A stretch of DNA of 64,000 nucleotides from a virus. How positions within the stretch are numbered: position 1 is the stretch's first letter; every line of letters begins with the position of its first letter. The DNA lies in IMG/VR virus record IMGVR_UViG_3300046758_000611, positions 96,001-160,000 of that record; one strand, written 5' to 3'. Below are positions 49,005 to 59,931 of the stretch, piece by piece. A model generated the notes under the pieces. That model made no database searches and had not been told where the DNA came from. It saw only the letters and a program-made list of their open reading frames with translations. The translations under genes were made by a program, and so were the position numbers.

Positions 49005-50909
49005 TTATTTCTCGTCTACAACTTCAAAATCAGCATCGACTACATCTTGTTCTTCTTTATTGTTCGTATCTTGTTGCTGAGATTCGGTTGACTGAGAAAC
49101 TGACTGCGAAATTTTTTGAATCATTTCACCCGAACTTGAGACGATACTCTGAAGTTCCTCGGTGGATAAATTACCATCTTCTAATTTGCTTTTAGATTCG
49201 GTTAAAAAGGAATTTATCTCAGTCGTTTCGTCTTCAGATAAGTTTTCTTTATTTTCATCTACAATTTTTTCAAGTTGATATAGTGAGTTATCTACTATAT
49301 TACGTAACTCTATGCTTTCTTTTCTCTTTTTATCTTCATCGGCATATTTTTCGGCATCTGCTTTCATGCGTTCAACTTCTTCTTTATTAAGGCCACTTGA
49401 ATCACTAATTGTGATCTTTTGGTCTTTGCCAGTACCCTTGTCTGTTGCAGATACATTTAGAATTCCATTTGCATCAATATCAAATGTAACTTCGATTTGT
49501 GGAGTGCCTCTTGGTGCAGGAGCAATACCATCAAGTTTAAAATTACCAATTTTTTTATTATCAGCAGATAATGCCCGTTCTCCTTGTAAAACAACAACAT
49601 CTACTCCCGGTTGATTATCAGAAGCAGTAGAAAATATCTGCGACTTCTTTGTTGGAATTGTAGTGTTACGTTCAATCATTGGTGTAGACACCCCTCCCGC
49701 CGTTTCTATTCCAAGAGTAAGAGGAGTTACATCAAGCAACAAAACATCACTTACACCCTCGTCTCCTGCTAATATAGCACCTTGAATAGCTGCACCCAAA
49801 GCAACTACCTCATCTGGATTAACTCCTTGGTGTGGATCATTACCACCTGCAAGTTCTTTTGCTGTCTCAACAACTTTAGGACTACGAGTCATCCCACCAA
49901 CAAGAATTAGATTTTTAACATCATCCATTGTGATACCCGCATCATCAAGACATTTTTCAAATGGTTCTTTTGTACGAGTATAAAGAGAATCACAGATTTG
50001 TTCAAACTTTGAACGAGTAACTTCTACATTTAAATGCTTAGGACCACTTGCATCCGCAGTAATAAACGGAAGATTAATTGTGGTGGAAGCACTTGATGAT
50101 AAAGCAACTTTTGTTTTTTCTGCTTCTTCTTTAAGACGTTGCATTGCTTGTCCGTCACTACTTAAATCAATACCGGACTCTTTTTTAAATTCATCCAACA
50201 AATATTGAATAAGAGTTTCGTCCCAATTGTCACCACCTAATTGAGTGTCACCGTTGGTAGACTTAACTTCAAATACTCCGTCACCGATTTCTAAAATAGA
50301 AACATCGTAAGTTCCACCACCAAGGTCATAAACTGCGATTGTTTCTTCGTTCTTTTTTTCTAATCCATAAGCAAGAGATGCAGCCGTTGGTTCGTTAACG
50401 ATACGCAATACTTCAAGTCCTGCGATTTCCCCTGCATCTTTAGTTGCTTGTCTTTGTGAATCGTTAAAGTAAGCAGGTACGGTAATAACTGCTTGTTTCA
50501 CTTCTTCACCAAGATATGCTTCTGCATCTGCTTTAAGTTTACTCAGAATGATACTTGAAATGAATTCAGGTGCATATTCTTTTTCTTCATCACCTTCTTT
50601 ACACTTAATATAAGCATCTCCGTTTTTACCCGAGACAACTTCATAAGGAAGATTTTTAACTTCGTTTTTTACTTCCTTGTATTTTCTTCCGATTAAACGT
50701 TTCGCAGAAAAAATTGTATTCTCTGGATTAGTGACTGCTTGTCTTTTTGCGGACTGACCTACAAGTCTTTCTCCGTCTTTTGCAAATCCAACTATACTTG
50801 GGGTAGTTCTTGATCCCTCCGAGTTGGTAATCACTTTTGGTTCTCCTGCTTCTACCACCGCAACACAACTGTTCGATGTACCTAAATCAATGCCAATTAC
50901 TTTAGCCAT
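49005..50909 (-). CDS. dnaK: molecular chaperone DnaK (Hsp70)
   Basis: [56 protein letters not shown] and a C-terminal [10 protein letters not shown]. Confidence 0.98.
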   Translation of the reverse strand: MAKVIGIDLGTSNSCVAVVEAGEPKVITNSEGSRTTPSIVGFAKDGERLVGQSAKRQAVTNPENTIFSAKRLIGRKYKEVKNEVKNLPYEVVSGKNGDAYIKCKEGDEEKEYAPEFISSIILSKLKADAEAYLGEEVKQAVITVPAYFNDSQRQATKDAGEIAGLEVLRIVNEPTAASLAYGLEKKNEETIAVYDLGGGTYDVSILEIGDGVFEVKSTNGDTQLGGDNWDETLIQYLLDEFKKESGIDLSSDGQAMQRLKEEAEKTKVALSSSASTTINLPFITADASGPKHLNVEVTRSKFEQICDSLYTRTKEPFEKCLDDAGITMDDVKNLILVGGMTRSPKVVETAKELAGGNDPHQGVNPDEVVALGAAIQGAILAGDEGVSDVLLLDVTPLTLGIETAGGVSTPMIERNTTIPTKKSQIFSTASDNQPGVDVVVLQGERALSADNKKIGNFKLDGIAPAPRGTPQIEVTFDIDANGILNVSATDKGTGKDQKITISDSSGLNKEEVERMKADAEKYADEDKKRKESIELRNIVDNSLYQLEKIVDENKENLSEDETTEINSFLTESKSKLEDGNLSTEELQSIVSSSGEMIQKISQSVSQSTESQQQDTNNKEEQDVVDADFEVVDEK

Positions 50910-50944
50910 TTTCTATTCCTCTTTTATTTTGTTAGTTTTGTTTG

Positions 50945-50984
50945 AATCTCATTTGAGCATTCTAGATAATCTCACTTGAGCATT
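50945..50984 (-). repeat. tandem 17-nt direct repeat in the dnaK leader
   Basis: AATGCTCAAGTGAGATT (50968-50984) and AATGCTCAAATGAGATT (50945-50961) are 16/17 identical. Confidence 0.85.
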
Positions 50985-51015
50985 ATCTTTAAATAAATAT
51001 AATCTAAAATACTTT

Positions 51016-51954
51016 TTATTCTCCTTCTTTTCCGTCACACGGACCTCCGGCTTTTTTTGCAAACTCGCAATAACGACAATTCTTTTTGTTTTTACCGGGT
51101 GTTTTTGGAAATGAACAATCCATATTATATTCACCACCTTTGGTAAATGATTCATTCAAAAAATTATTGAAACTTGACCATGCTTCTTTGCTACTCATTG
51201 TACCATGTGGTGGAACAAATCGTTGAATACGATCACCACTCCAAGGATCATCTGGATCGTGTTTGCGTTTAAGAATAATAAACTCAACCTCTATTTTATC
51301 CAAAGGTACATTAAATTCTTTAGCATAAAATACTTTATACAAAAGCAATTGATGAGTTTTACTTTCATCTGCTTTTTGCCACTTGTTCCATCCACGTGTA
51401 GATGTTTTCAAGTCAATGATTTTATACTTTTGATTGATTTTATCAAATAGCACAACATCAAGAAATCCGATGTATCCGACATTGTTACGAACTTCCAAAT
51501 CAATTGAAGTTTCAATGCCAGATAATGAATAACGAGTTTTAGAAAAGAATTTACTACGAACTTCTTCTGACAACAAATAATCAAGTATTTCATTACCATC
51601 TTGAATAAATTCATCAAAGGTAGCATCGTCCATGCAACGTTTACCATCAATAAGATTCTCAGGTTTATCAGCAAGTTCAGTCATTATTTGCAATAACTTT
51701 GCTTTCCAATCAACACTCTCAGTATCAAGATGTGGTTGATTATACATCATTTCAAGGTAATCTTGAATAGTTTCGTGCATAGAAGTTCCAAACACTAAAT
51801 GTATATTTGCTTCTTTCTTACGAAGATTATCAATATATGCAAGTTTCCAACTACGAGGGCACTTGTAATACATTGAGTATTGTGAGAAACTCACATACTT
51901 ATTAAACCGTCTTTCTTTTACTTCTTTTTTTTCTCCAGTTGCTACTTGTGTCAT
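51016..51954 (-). CDS. PD-(D/E)XK exonuclease (Cas4/RecB/AddB-like, with Fe-S Cys staple)
   Basis: SFSQ...KCP, FGT..H, GFLD...IIDLKT, QLLLY and a C-terminal CRYC...C. Confidence 0.88.
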   Translation of the reverse strand: MTQVATGEKKEVKERRFNKYVSFSQYSMYYKCPRSWKLAYIDNLRKKEANIHLVFGTSMHETIQDYLEMMYNQPHLDTESVDWKAKLLQIMTELADKPENLIDGKRCMDDATFDEFIQDGNEILDYLLSEEVRSKFFSKTRYSLSGIETSIDLEVRNNVGYIGFLDVVLFDKINQKYKIIDLKTSTRGWNKWQKADESKTHQLLLYKVFYAKEFNVPLDKIEVEFIILKRKHDPDDPWSGDRIQRFVPPHGTMSSKEAWSSFNNFLNESFTKGGEYNMDCSFPKTPGKNKKNCRYCEFAKKAGGPCDGKEGE

Positions 51955-51960
51955 AATAAA

Positions 51961-52245
51961 TTAATCACTCCCATCTGCTTTTTGGTTTGCATCGTATATA
52001 TTGCACCTTAGTAGGTTATCACCTCGTAAAACACCCATGTCAACAGAATCACGCATACTTTCATATAATTCACGGTCATCATAACCAAAATGTCCTAAAT
52101 CTGCTAGGTGGGTTAAATATTGCTGGTGATTCATTCCTGTTTTTCTTTCAATAACTACTTTTAAATATGCAATTGCATGGTCAGCTGAGTTAAATAATTT
52201 AACAGGATTGCCTTTTATGGTTGGGTCTTTTATGTAGTATTTCAT
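51961..52245 (-). CDS. hypothetical protein
   Basis: 94 aa, behind a TTGACT-17-TATTAT promoter (52257-52285). Confidence 0.6.
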   Translation of the reverse strand: MKYYIKDPTIKGNPVKLFNSADHAIAYLKVVIERKTGMNHQQYLTHLADLGHFGYDDRELYESMRDSVDMGVLRGDNLLRCNIYDANQKADGSD

Positions 52246-52296
52246 TGTTACTTATTATAATAGTAAATTCTATATGTAAAGTCAAGGTATATTTAA

Positions 52297-53679
<1,383 letters not shown>

Positions 53680-53697
53680 AAGTAAATATATATTATT

Positions 53698-55041
53698 ATG
53701 AGCAAGTATGTAGATGATGTAATCAAGAAAGTAGAAGAAAGAAATCATTCAGAACCAGTATTTATACAGGCCGTTAAAGAGGTCTACTCAAGTTTACATA
53801 CTGTAATGGGTAAACATAGTATTTTCAAAAAAGTTAATTTATTAGAAAGACTTGCGGAACCAGAAAAGCAAATTATATTTAGTATTCCTTGGATTGACGA
53901 AATAGGAAATGTTCATGTTAATCGTGGGTATCGTGTACAATTTAATAGTGTACTTGGACCATATAAAGGTGGATTAAGATTCCATCCAAGTGTTAACTTG
54001 GGTACGATGAAGTTTCTTGGATTTGAACAAACCTTTAAGAATAGTTTAACAGGGTTGCAAATTGGTGGAGCAAAAGGAGGAAGTGATTTTGATCCAAATG
54101 GAAAAACGGATTTAGAGATAATGAGATTTTGTCAGTCGTTTATGATAAAACTACATGATCACCTTGGACACAAAACCGATGTACCTGCAGGTGACATTGG
54201 TGTGGGGTATAAAGAAATAGGATATTTGTTTGGTCAATATAAAGCACTTCATAGTAAATATGAACCAGGACTAATTACAGGTAAAGCACCACATTGGGGT
54301 GGAATACAAGGAAGAAAAGAAGCAACTGGATACGGAGCAATTTATTTTACAGAAGAGATGTTAAAAAATCACCATACCGACTTAAAAGGAAAGATTGTAA
54401 CGGTAAGTGGATTTGGTCAAGTGTCTTTTGGTGTTGTTAAAAAAGCAGTAGAAATGGGTGCTAAAGTTGTAACTATATCAGGACCCGATGGATATGTTTA
54501 TATGAAGAATGGTATTAAAAAAGATCAAATTTCTTTTATGGAAAAATTACGTGAAAGTAATCAAGATATAGTTAAACCATTTGCAGAAAAATATAATTAC
54601 GATTTTCTTAAAGGTAAAAAACCTTGGGAAGTTCGTTGTGATATTGCAATACCAAGTGCTATTCAAAATGAAATACATGAAAAAGATGCAGAGAATTTGG
54701 TAAATAACGATTGCAAATTTATTGTAGAAGCAGCCAATATGCCGTGTACAGAAGAAGCATTAAAACAATTCCACAATAATCTTGTTGTAGTTGCACCCAG
54801 TAAAGCAGTAAATGCAGGTGGAGTTGCGGTATCGGCACTTGAAATGCGACAAAACGCAGGATGGGAAAAGTGGGGTTTAGCACAAGTTGACAACAAACTG
54901 CGTCAAATTATGAGAGAGATTCACGATAATTGCTTAAGAAATGCAAGAATATATGGAGATGAGGGTGATTATACACTTGGTGCTAATGTTGGTGGTTTTT
55001 TACGTGTTGCTCGGGCTGCTTTAGCACACGGAATCATTTAG
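53698..55041 (+). CDS. gdhA: second glutamate dehydrogenase (divergent paralog)
   Basis: [36 protein letters not shown]...ISGPDG and NAGGVAVS. Confidence 0.93.
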   Translation: MSKYVDDVIKKVEERNHSEPVFIQAVKEVYSSLHTVMGKHSIFKKVNLLERLAEPEKQIIFSIPWIDEIGNVHVNRGYRVQFNSVLGPYKGGLRFHPSVNLGTMKFLGFEQTFKNSLTGLQIGGAKGGSDFDPNGKTDLEIMRFCQSFMIKLHDHLGHKTDVPAGDIGVGYKEIGYLFGQYKALHSKYEPGLITGKAPHWGGIQGRKEATGYGAIYFTEEMLKNHHTDLKGKIVTVSGFGQVSFGVVKKAVEMGAKVVTISGPDGYVYMKNGIKKDQISFMEKLRESNQDIVKPFAEKYNYDFLKGKKPWEVRCDIAIPSAIQNEIHEKDAENLVNNDCKFIVEAANMPCTEEALKQFHNNLVVVAPSKAVNAGGVAVSALEMRQNAGWEKWGLAQVDNKLRQIMREIHDNCLRNARIYGDEGDYTLGANVGGFLRVARAALAHGII

Positions 55042-55426
55042 ACATAAAATATTCAACGATTGCTTCGTTTTTAACTTTTTTTAATATATTTTCAGGTACA
55101 TGAATCATATTATCCGTCATAAACACATGATCATCAGGCTTCGGTTTTTTATAGCCTAGTAAAGTTATACTTTTTTCAGAAAAACAAAGTAATTTATATG
55201 GCATTATCCTACCATACACACCTTTTGTAGCACTAAACTTGCAATCGTAATCAGTATCTGCTTGTTGTGAAGTATATCTTGCTTCATAAATTCCATGAAG
55301 TACCCAATCAAGTGCAGATTTCAAAGAATCTGTTTCATATTCGGCAACAAAATCATCTTTCAGTAAAACTACTTCACATTTAAATAACTTTTTCTTAAAA
55401 AGTTTTGATATAATTTTTGTAAGCAT
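55034..55426 (-). CDS. hypothetical protein
   Basis: 130 aa; TACTTAT 6 nt upstream. Confidence 0.55.
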   Translation of the reverse strand: MLTKIISKLFKKKLFKCEVVLLKDDFVAEYETDSLKSALDWVLHGIYEARYTSQQADTDYDCKFSATKGVYGRIMPYKLLCFSEKSITLLGYKKPKPDDHVFMTDNMIHVPENILKKVKNEAIVEYFMSK

Positions 55427-55523
55427 ATATAAATAAGTATATACTCAAAAGTTTTTATTGTAAATGAAAGAATTATCATAAACTATTATTTCATAAAATT
55501 TTATATGTATATATTTATATATT

Positions 55524-56573
55524 ATGAACGAAGATTACTACACTTTGCTTGGTGTAACACGCAACACAACAGAATCGGAAATAAAAAAGGCATACAGAAA
55601 ACTTGCTATAAAATTTCACCCAGATAAAAATAAGGACGACAAATCGGCTGAAGAAAAATTTAAAAAAATAAGTGAGGCATATGAAGTATTATCCAACTCA
55701 GATAAAAAACAAAAATACGATACACTGGGACACGATAACTTTGTAAATTCAAGAGGTGCAGGTGGGTTTCAACCAAACACAGACCCGTTTGATGCATTTA
55801 ATTCGTTTTTTCAAAATGGATTTCATAAAAATGATCCGTTTAATCAAACCACTTCACCAAAAGTTGGAAGCAATTTGAAAATAGATTTAGAAGTAAGACT
55901 TCAAGAAATCATAAACGACACAACAAAGGTAACAAAATATAAAAGGCACGGAAAATGTAATAGATGCGATGGCCATGGGTTAAATGATAATTCAAAAATT
56001 CAAAATTGTAATACTTGTGGGGGCAACGGTGCAGTATACAGACGCATGGGACCTATGCAAGTACAACAGGTATGTCCCACTTGTCGTGGAGCAGGAACTT
56101 ATATATTAAATCCATGTGGTGGTTGTAATGGGAGTGGTGTTACAGAAGAAACTCTAGATATAAATTTAAAAATACCAAGAGGAGTTCATAACGGAACTCG
56201 TTTAAGGGTGAGTGGGCATGGAAACTATGTAAAAGACGGAACTTTTGGTGATCTTTATGTCCATGTATATATAAAACCGGATACAAGGTATGAAAGAGAT
56301 GGTGATGACATCTTATGCTCGGAAGAAATTGACTTTCAAAATTTAATTTTAGGAACTAAAAAAAATATAGAATCATTATACGGAAAAATTTCCATTACAA
56401 TCCCACCTTTATCTAAACCAGACCGTGTTTTAAAAGTAAAGGAACATGGATTACCTAACTCCCGCACAGGAAGAAAGTCATGTATGTATGTTGTTCTTAA
56501 AGCAAGATTTCCAGAGAAAATATCAACAGAGCAAAAATCAATTCTTGATCTTTATAGTAAAACTATAAAATAG
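55524..56573 (+). CDS. dnaJ: class A J-domain chaperone DnaJ
   Basis: DYY..LGV, HPD, a G/F region, four CxxCxGxG repeats and GDLYV. Confidence 0.96.
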   Translation: MNEDYYTLLGVTRNTTESEIKKAYRKLAIKFHPDKNKDDKSAEEKFKKISEAYEVLSNSDKKQKYDTLGHDNFVNSRGAGGFQPNTDPFDAFNSFFQNGFHKNDPFNQTTSPKVGSNLKIDLEVRLQEIINDTTKVTKYKRHGKCNRCDGHGLNDNSKIQNCNTCGGNGAVYRRMGPMQVQQVCPTCRGAGTYILNPCGGCNGSGVTEETLDINLKIPRGVHNGTRLRVSGHGNYVKDGTFGDLYVHVYIKPDTRYERDGDDILCSEEIDFQNLILGTKKNIESLYGKISITIPPLSKPDRVLKVKEHGLPNSRTGRKSCMYVVLKARFPEKISTEQKSILDLYSKTIK

Positions 56574-56888
56574 TTACCTTTTACGTTTCTGAGAACCAAC
56601 TCCTCCGGACTTTATTGGAATTGATTTGGTTGATGACTCGTATGTTTTTTTGTTTTTAAGACGATATGTAATTCTACCTTTAGACATATCATATTTGCTT
56701 ATCTCAACAAGAACTTTATCACCTATTGTTAACTTAATAAAATGTTGTTTAAGTTTACCAGCAAGAGAGCAAAGTAAAATTACTTTAGAATCTCCTTGAG
56801 ATAACTCAACATCAAACATAGTTCCTGGAAGGAGTTTTTTTACGACTCCTTCCATTTCTATTATATCAGGATTATTTTTGCGTGACAT
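56574..56888 (-). CDS. infA: translation initiation factor IF-1
   Basis: IEMEG.V...LPGTMF.VEL...GKL....I....GD.V.VE.S.YD..KGRI.YR, plus a basic C-terminal extension. Confidence 0.92.
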   Translation of the reverse strand: MSRKNNPDIIEMEGVVKKLLPGTMFDVELSQGDSKVILLCSLAGKLKQHFIKLTIGDKVLVEISKYDMSKGRITYRLKNKKTYESSTKSIPIKSGGVGSQKRKR

Positions 56889-56894
56889 AATTAC

Positions 56895-57536
56895 TTAAGT
56901 AAGAATTTCATCAACCATTCCGTACTTCAAGCAAGTTTTGGCATCCCACCACAAATCATGTTTTAGAATTTCATCCATCTTTGTTTTTGGAATCTTAGTT
57001 TTTTCTTCGTATATTTCTTTTATACGTTTCATAAGATTATCTGAATTTTTCATGTCATCCTGAAGTTCTTGATATTTTCCCCAATGCTGAGAACTAAGTT
57101 GGTGGACAAGCATATATGAATTTTCACCAATGAATCGTTGTGTTCCACAGACACTCATAATTGTACCCGCACTAGCCGCACATCCATCAATGTATGTATA
57201 TATGGGTGTTTTTGACTGATTCATGTAATCAATGCTACCAAATGCAGCGAATACACTACCACCATAACTATTAATTCTTAATCTAATCGGAATACCCACA
57301 TCAAGACCAAGTTTCATAGAAATCATTTGCATTTCTCTGTCTAACCTAGATATTTCTTTATTAAGATTAAAATTTTCCTTCATACCAACACTCGAATAGA
57401 AGTAGATAATATTATCATCACCTTCTACAGTATCCATCGATCCTGCCTCGGCATTTTTTGACTTTGGACTAACCTTCTTTTTTGGAGAAACCTTTTTTTT
57501 AGGTTCTACATTTTCATTAAATTCCCAATTATACAT
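56895..57536 (-). CDS. clpP: ClpP-like protease
   Basis: INSYGGSV, DG.AASAG (catalytic Ser), MLVHQ (His) and D.W..A...KYG.VD. Confidence 0.88.
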   Translation of the reverse strand: MYNWEFNENVEPKKKVSPKKKVSPKSKNAEAGSMDTVEGDDNIIYFYSSVGMKENFNLNKEISRLDREMQMISMKLGLDVGIPIRLRINSYGGSVFAAFGSIDYMNQSKTPIYTYIDGCAASAGTIMSVCGTQRFIGENSYMLVHQLSSQHWGKYQELQDDMKNSDNLMKRIKEIYEEKTKIPKTKMDEILKHDLWWDAKTCLKYGMVDEILT

Positions 57537-57538
57537 AA

Positions 57539-57739
57539 CTATCTAATTTTTCTTGGTTTGTTTGTTTTGACAATGGATACCTTTGACGAAGGATCGTGGT
57601 TTTTGCAAATACCAATCCAGTATTGTGCTTCACGTTTAGCATCATCTTCATTGATGAAGTTTCTATCGGAGGTTCTACGTCTATCACGAGTAACCACATA
57701 AACTTCGGTTTGAGGGTCGTAGTCTTGCTTCTTATTCAT
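57539..57739 (-). CDS. hypothetical protein
   Basis: 66 aa, tightly packed in the minus-strand gene run. Confidence 0.6.
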   Translation of the reverse strand: MNKKQDYDPQTEVYVVTRDRRRTSDRNFINEDDAKREAQYWIGICKNHDPSSKVSIVKTNKPRKIR

Positions 57740-57757
57740 ATATATTTATGTATATTT

Positions 57758-59407
57758 TTAGTTATTGTTTGGAAGAATAATATTATCAGGTTTTTCAATC
57801 TTTACAATACTTTCTTCGTTAGATTCTTTAGAGTCGTGTCCGACAACGTCGGAAGATTTTTTTTCAGTAGTGTTCTTTGCATAACAAGATGTGTCTTGAA
57901 ACATTTCATCGAGGAAATTTTTTTGACCCTCTGATTCTTCAAGGGGATTGCCATGCATATCAAATCCAGCATCTTTTAAATCACCGATAATACTATTAAT
58001 AGTAACACTATCGGCAACACTTGTGCCATACTTATTTTCGTAGTATTCAAATATCTCACGTGCTTTGGGGTGCATATTTTCACGTCTTTTATCATTATTG
58101 ATAGTGTGAACAACATCCCATTCGGTATTTGCTACTCCGTGCCAATCGTAAATAAAACAACTATCCGGTTCATTTGTCTTTTCGACGGAGTCGAAAGAAT
58201 TTTTTTCGGAAGATACTTCATGGAACTCATCAGTAAAACTTTCATTCGTTTTCGGTTTTTCACCGTATTGTTCAGCAGCCACTTGAATTGGATGTTTATT
58301 TCCATTTTGCCCATCAACGTCGAAAGAATTTTTTTCGGAAGGTTGTCCATTTGCATAATCGGTATTGTTGTACATCACATCAAACATATCCACATCTACA
58401 TCACCAACAATATCGTAGGTTTCGAGAGAATTTTTTTTCAAAGGATTGTCGGTACTTTGACGAATACATCCAGCAATGATAGATTCTTTGCGATTAACGG
58501 CATCAAAATCAATAAGACCTTCACATGGATTACCAGGTTCACCTTCTACACCCCGTTCCGAGTAAAGATTATAGTCATCAGGACCATCCACAGGTGTCCA
58601 TTCATCCTCATCCCAAGTTTCATCATCGTATACATTACCTTCACTATCATAATATACAGGTGATTCGTATACAGGAATCAAATCAAATGGATTTTCAATT
58701 TCTTCGTGAACAACATAACGATAAACACGAACTTTTTGACGATCACTATCTTCCGGTACACTAACTACATCCGATGGATTAACTTTAACGGAAACAAGAC
58801 GATCACCAACCTGTTCACCGTTTTCATCAATTTTAAAACTTCCGTAACTACGAACATATTCAATGCTACCACAATGAAGACCACTTGAACAATGCTTTGT
58901 GGGATCAGCAGTTACTTCTTCATAGGGCATTTTTACTTTATTACCAACTTTATTTGAAATCGTTCCAGTATACTTGTCGGTATAATCACGATTAATTGCT
59001 TTGTAAGCAAGGAAACATCCGTCTTCGGTGATAGGAAGGTTCTCGTGCTTCAAAAAGGTATAAAGTTGATCTATGCTACCTTCAGAGGGATTATCCATAA
59101 GATTAACAAGGAAGTTAATCATGGGTTCTACCGCATCACCGTTTTGAATCATATCTACGATTCGTTGAGTAAGTACGTTGTGTACAATTGTTCCGTTGTA
59201 AATTAAGTTATCTCCATCAACAACAATTTGCCCATTGGAAAATTCTTTGTATCCATTTTTGACATCAAGAAGATTGTCAATGTCGAGGAAATTTTTTTGA
59301 AGCAATGCTTTTTTAATTTTATAGAAATTAGGATGAGTTTTACTAACAACCGCAGGTCCCGATTCGGATATTAGTGTAATTGTTGAGTCGGTGATTATAC
59401 TTTGCAT
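57758..59407 (-). CDS. rIIB: rIIB-like protein with acidic repetitive C-terminal extension
   Basis: FL.NL..NPS...LY.FL...LPITEDG.FLAYK, CS.GLH and VNP.DVVSVP.D motifs; lies downstream of rIIA. Confidence 0.88.
   Translation of the reverse strand: MQSIITDSTITLISESGPAVVSKTHPNFYKIKKALLQKNFLDIDNLLDVKNGYKEFSNGQIVVDGDNLIYNGTIVHNVLTQRIVDMIQNGDAVEPMINFLVNLMDNPSEGSIDQLYTFLKHENLPITEDGCFLAYKAINRDYTDKYTGTISNKVGNKVKMPYEEVTADPTKHCSSGLHCGSIEYVRSYGSFKIDENGEQVGDRLVSVKVNPSDVVSVPEDSDRQKVRVYRYVVHEEIENPFDLIPVYESPVYYDSEGNVYDDETWDEDEWTPVDGPDDYNLYSERGVEGEPGNPCEGLIDFDAVNRKESIIAGCIRQSTDNPLKKNSLETYDIVGDVDVDMFDVMYNNTDYANGQPSEKNSFDVDGQNGNKHPIQVAAEQYGEKPKTNESFTDEFHEVSSEKNSFDSVEKTNEPDSCFIYDWHGVANTEWDVVHTINNDKRRENMHPKAREIFEYYENKYGTSVADSVTINSIIGDLKDAGFDMHGNPLEESEGQKNFLDEMFQDTSCYAKNTTEKKSSDVVGHDSKESNEESIVKIEKPDNIILPNNN
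58190..58341. repeat. two identical 23-bp coding repeats inside rIIB
   Basis: gtcgaaagaatttttttcggaag at 58190-58212 and 58319-58341; both encode SEKNSFD. Confidence 0.85.
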
Positions 59408-59428
59408 AATTAATTCTTTTTAATTAGA

Positions 59429-59650
59429 TTAAGATTGTGGTTGACCGTCTTCTCCAAGAGGAGCAAGGCCTTGTTTCTTTCTTGCTTTGTTTTTGTTTGC
59501 AATTTGCGAACGATTCATTTTAGGTGTAACCATAGTTCCATAAATTCCTTTTACCAATACACCGGAACTTCGACCGGTTTTTTTTGAGACTTGGTATATT
59601 TTTGGATGCTTTTCTTTATTAGGTATGTTAATTCGTGCTTTCTTGCTCAT
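59429..59650 (-). CDS. small basic hypothetical protein
   Basis: 73 aa, K/R-rich. Confidence 0.55.
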   Translation of the reverse strand: MSKKARINIPNKEKHPKIYQVSKKTGRSSGVLVKGIYGTMVTPKMNRSQIANKNKARKKQGLAPLGEDGQPQS

Positions 59651-59796
59651 GGTTGTAAATCCCGTTCTTGATTATTAAAATTACTTTTTTTAGTGGATTC
59701 TACGGAAGAATATTTATATTTCTTTGTAAGTTTAGATTGCTTTCCCATTCCAAACCTTTTCTTTAAACGATGTTTCCAATGTTGTGATGATTTCAT
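59647..59796 (-). CDS. small basic hypothetical protein (49 aa)
   Basis: MKSSQHWKHRLKKRFGMGK... has an ATGA overlap with the next gene and lies behind a TTGACG-17-TATTAT promoter (59838-59866). Confidence 0.45.
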   Translation of the reverse strand: MKSSQHWKHRLKKRFGMGKQSKLTKKYKYSSVESTKKSNFNNQERDLQP

Positions 59797-59931
59797 GATT
59801 TATATATATTTGTTTGTTATTAAATTTATTTATTATAATAATACTTCATAAAACGTCTCTCGTCAACTTTTTTTTAATTTCATGCGAAATCAAAAAAAAA
59901 CTTTCCTTAGACTTGTTAGTATCCATTGATA

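Noticed and set aside
50945-50984. CIRCE or HAIR heat-shock operator
   Set aside because: It does not match TTAGCACTC-N9-GAGTGCTAA. The CTTGAG-like half sites are direct repeats without the HAIR inverted N7 spacing.
50945-51954. Cas4-like nuclease plus nearby repeats as a mini CRISPR system
   Set aside because: The repeats are 17 nt with a 6-nt gap and there are no other cas genes. Stand-alone Cas4/RecB-like exonucleases are routine in phages.
58190-58443. 23-bp direct repeats as a CRISPR array
   Set aside because: There are only two exact copies, 106 bp of sequence lies between them, and both are in frame inside rIIB, encoding a peptide repeat.
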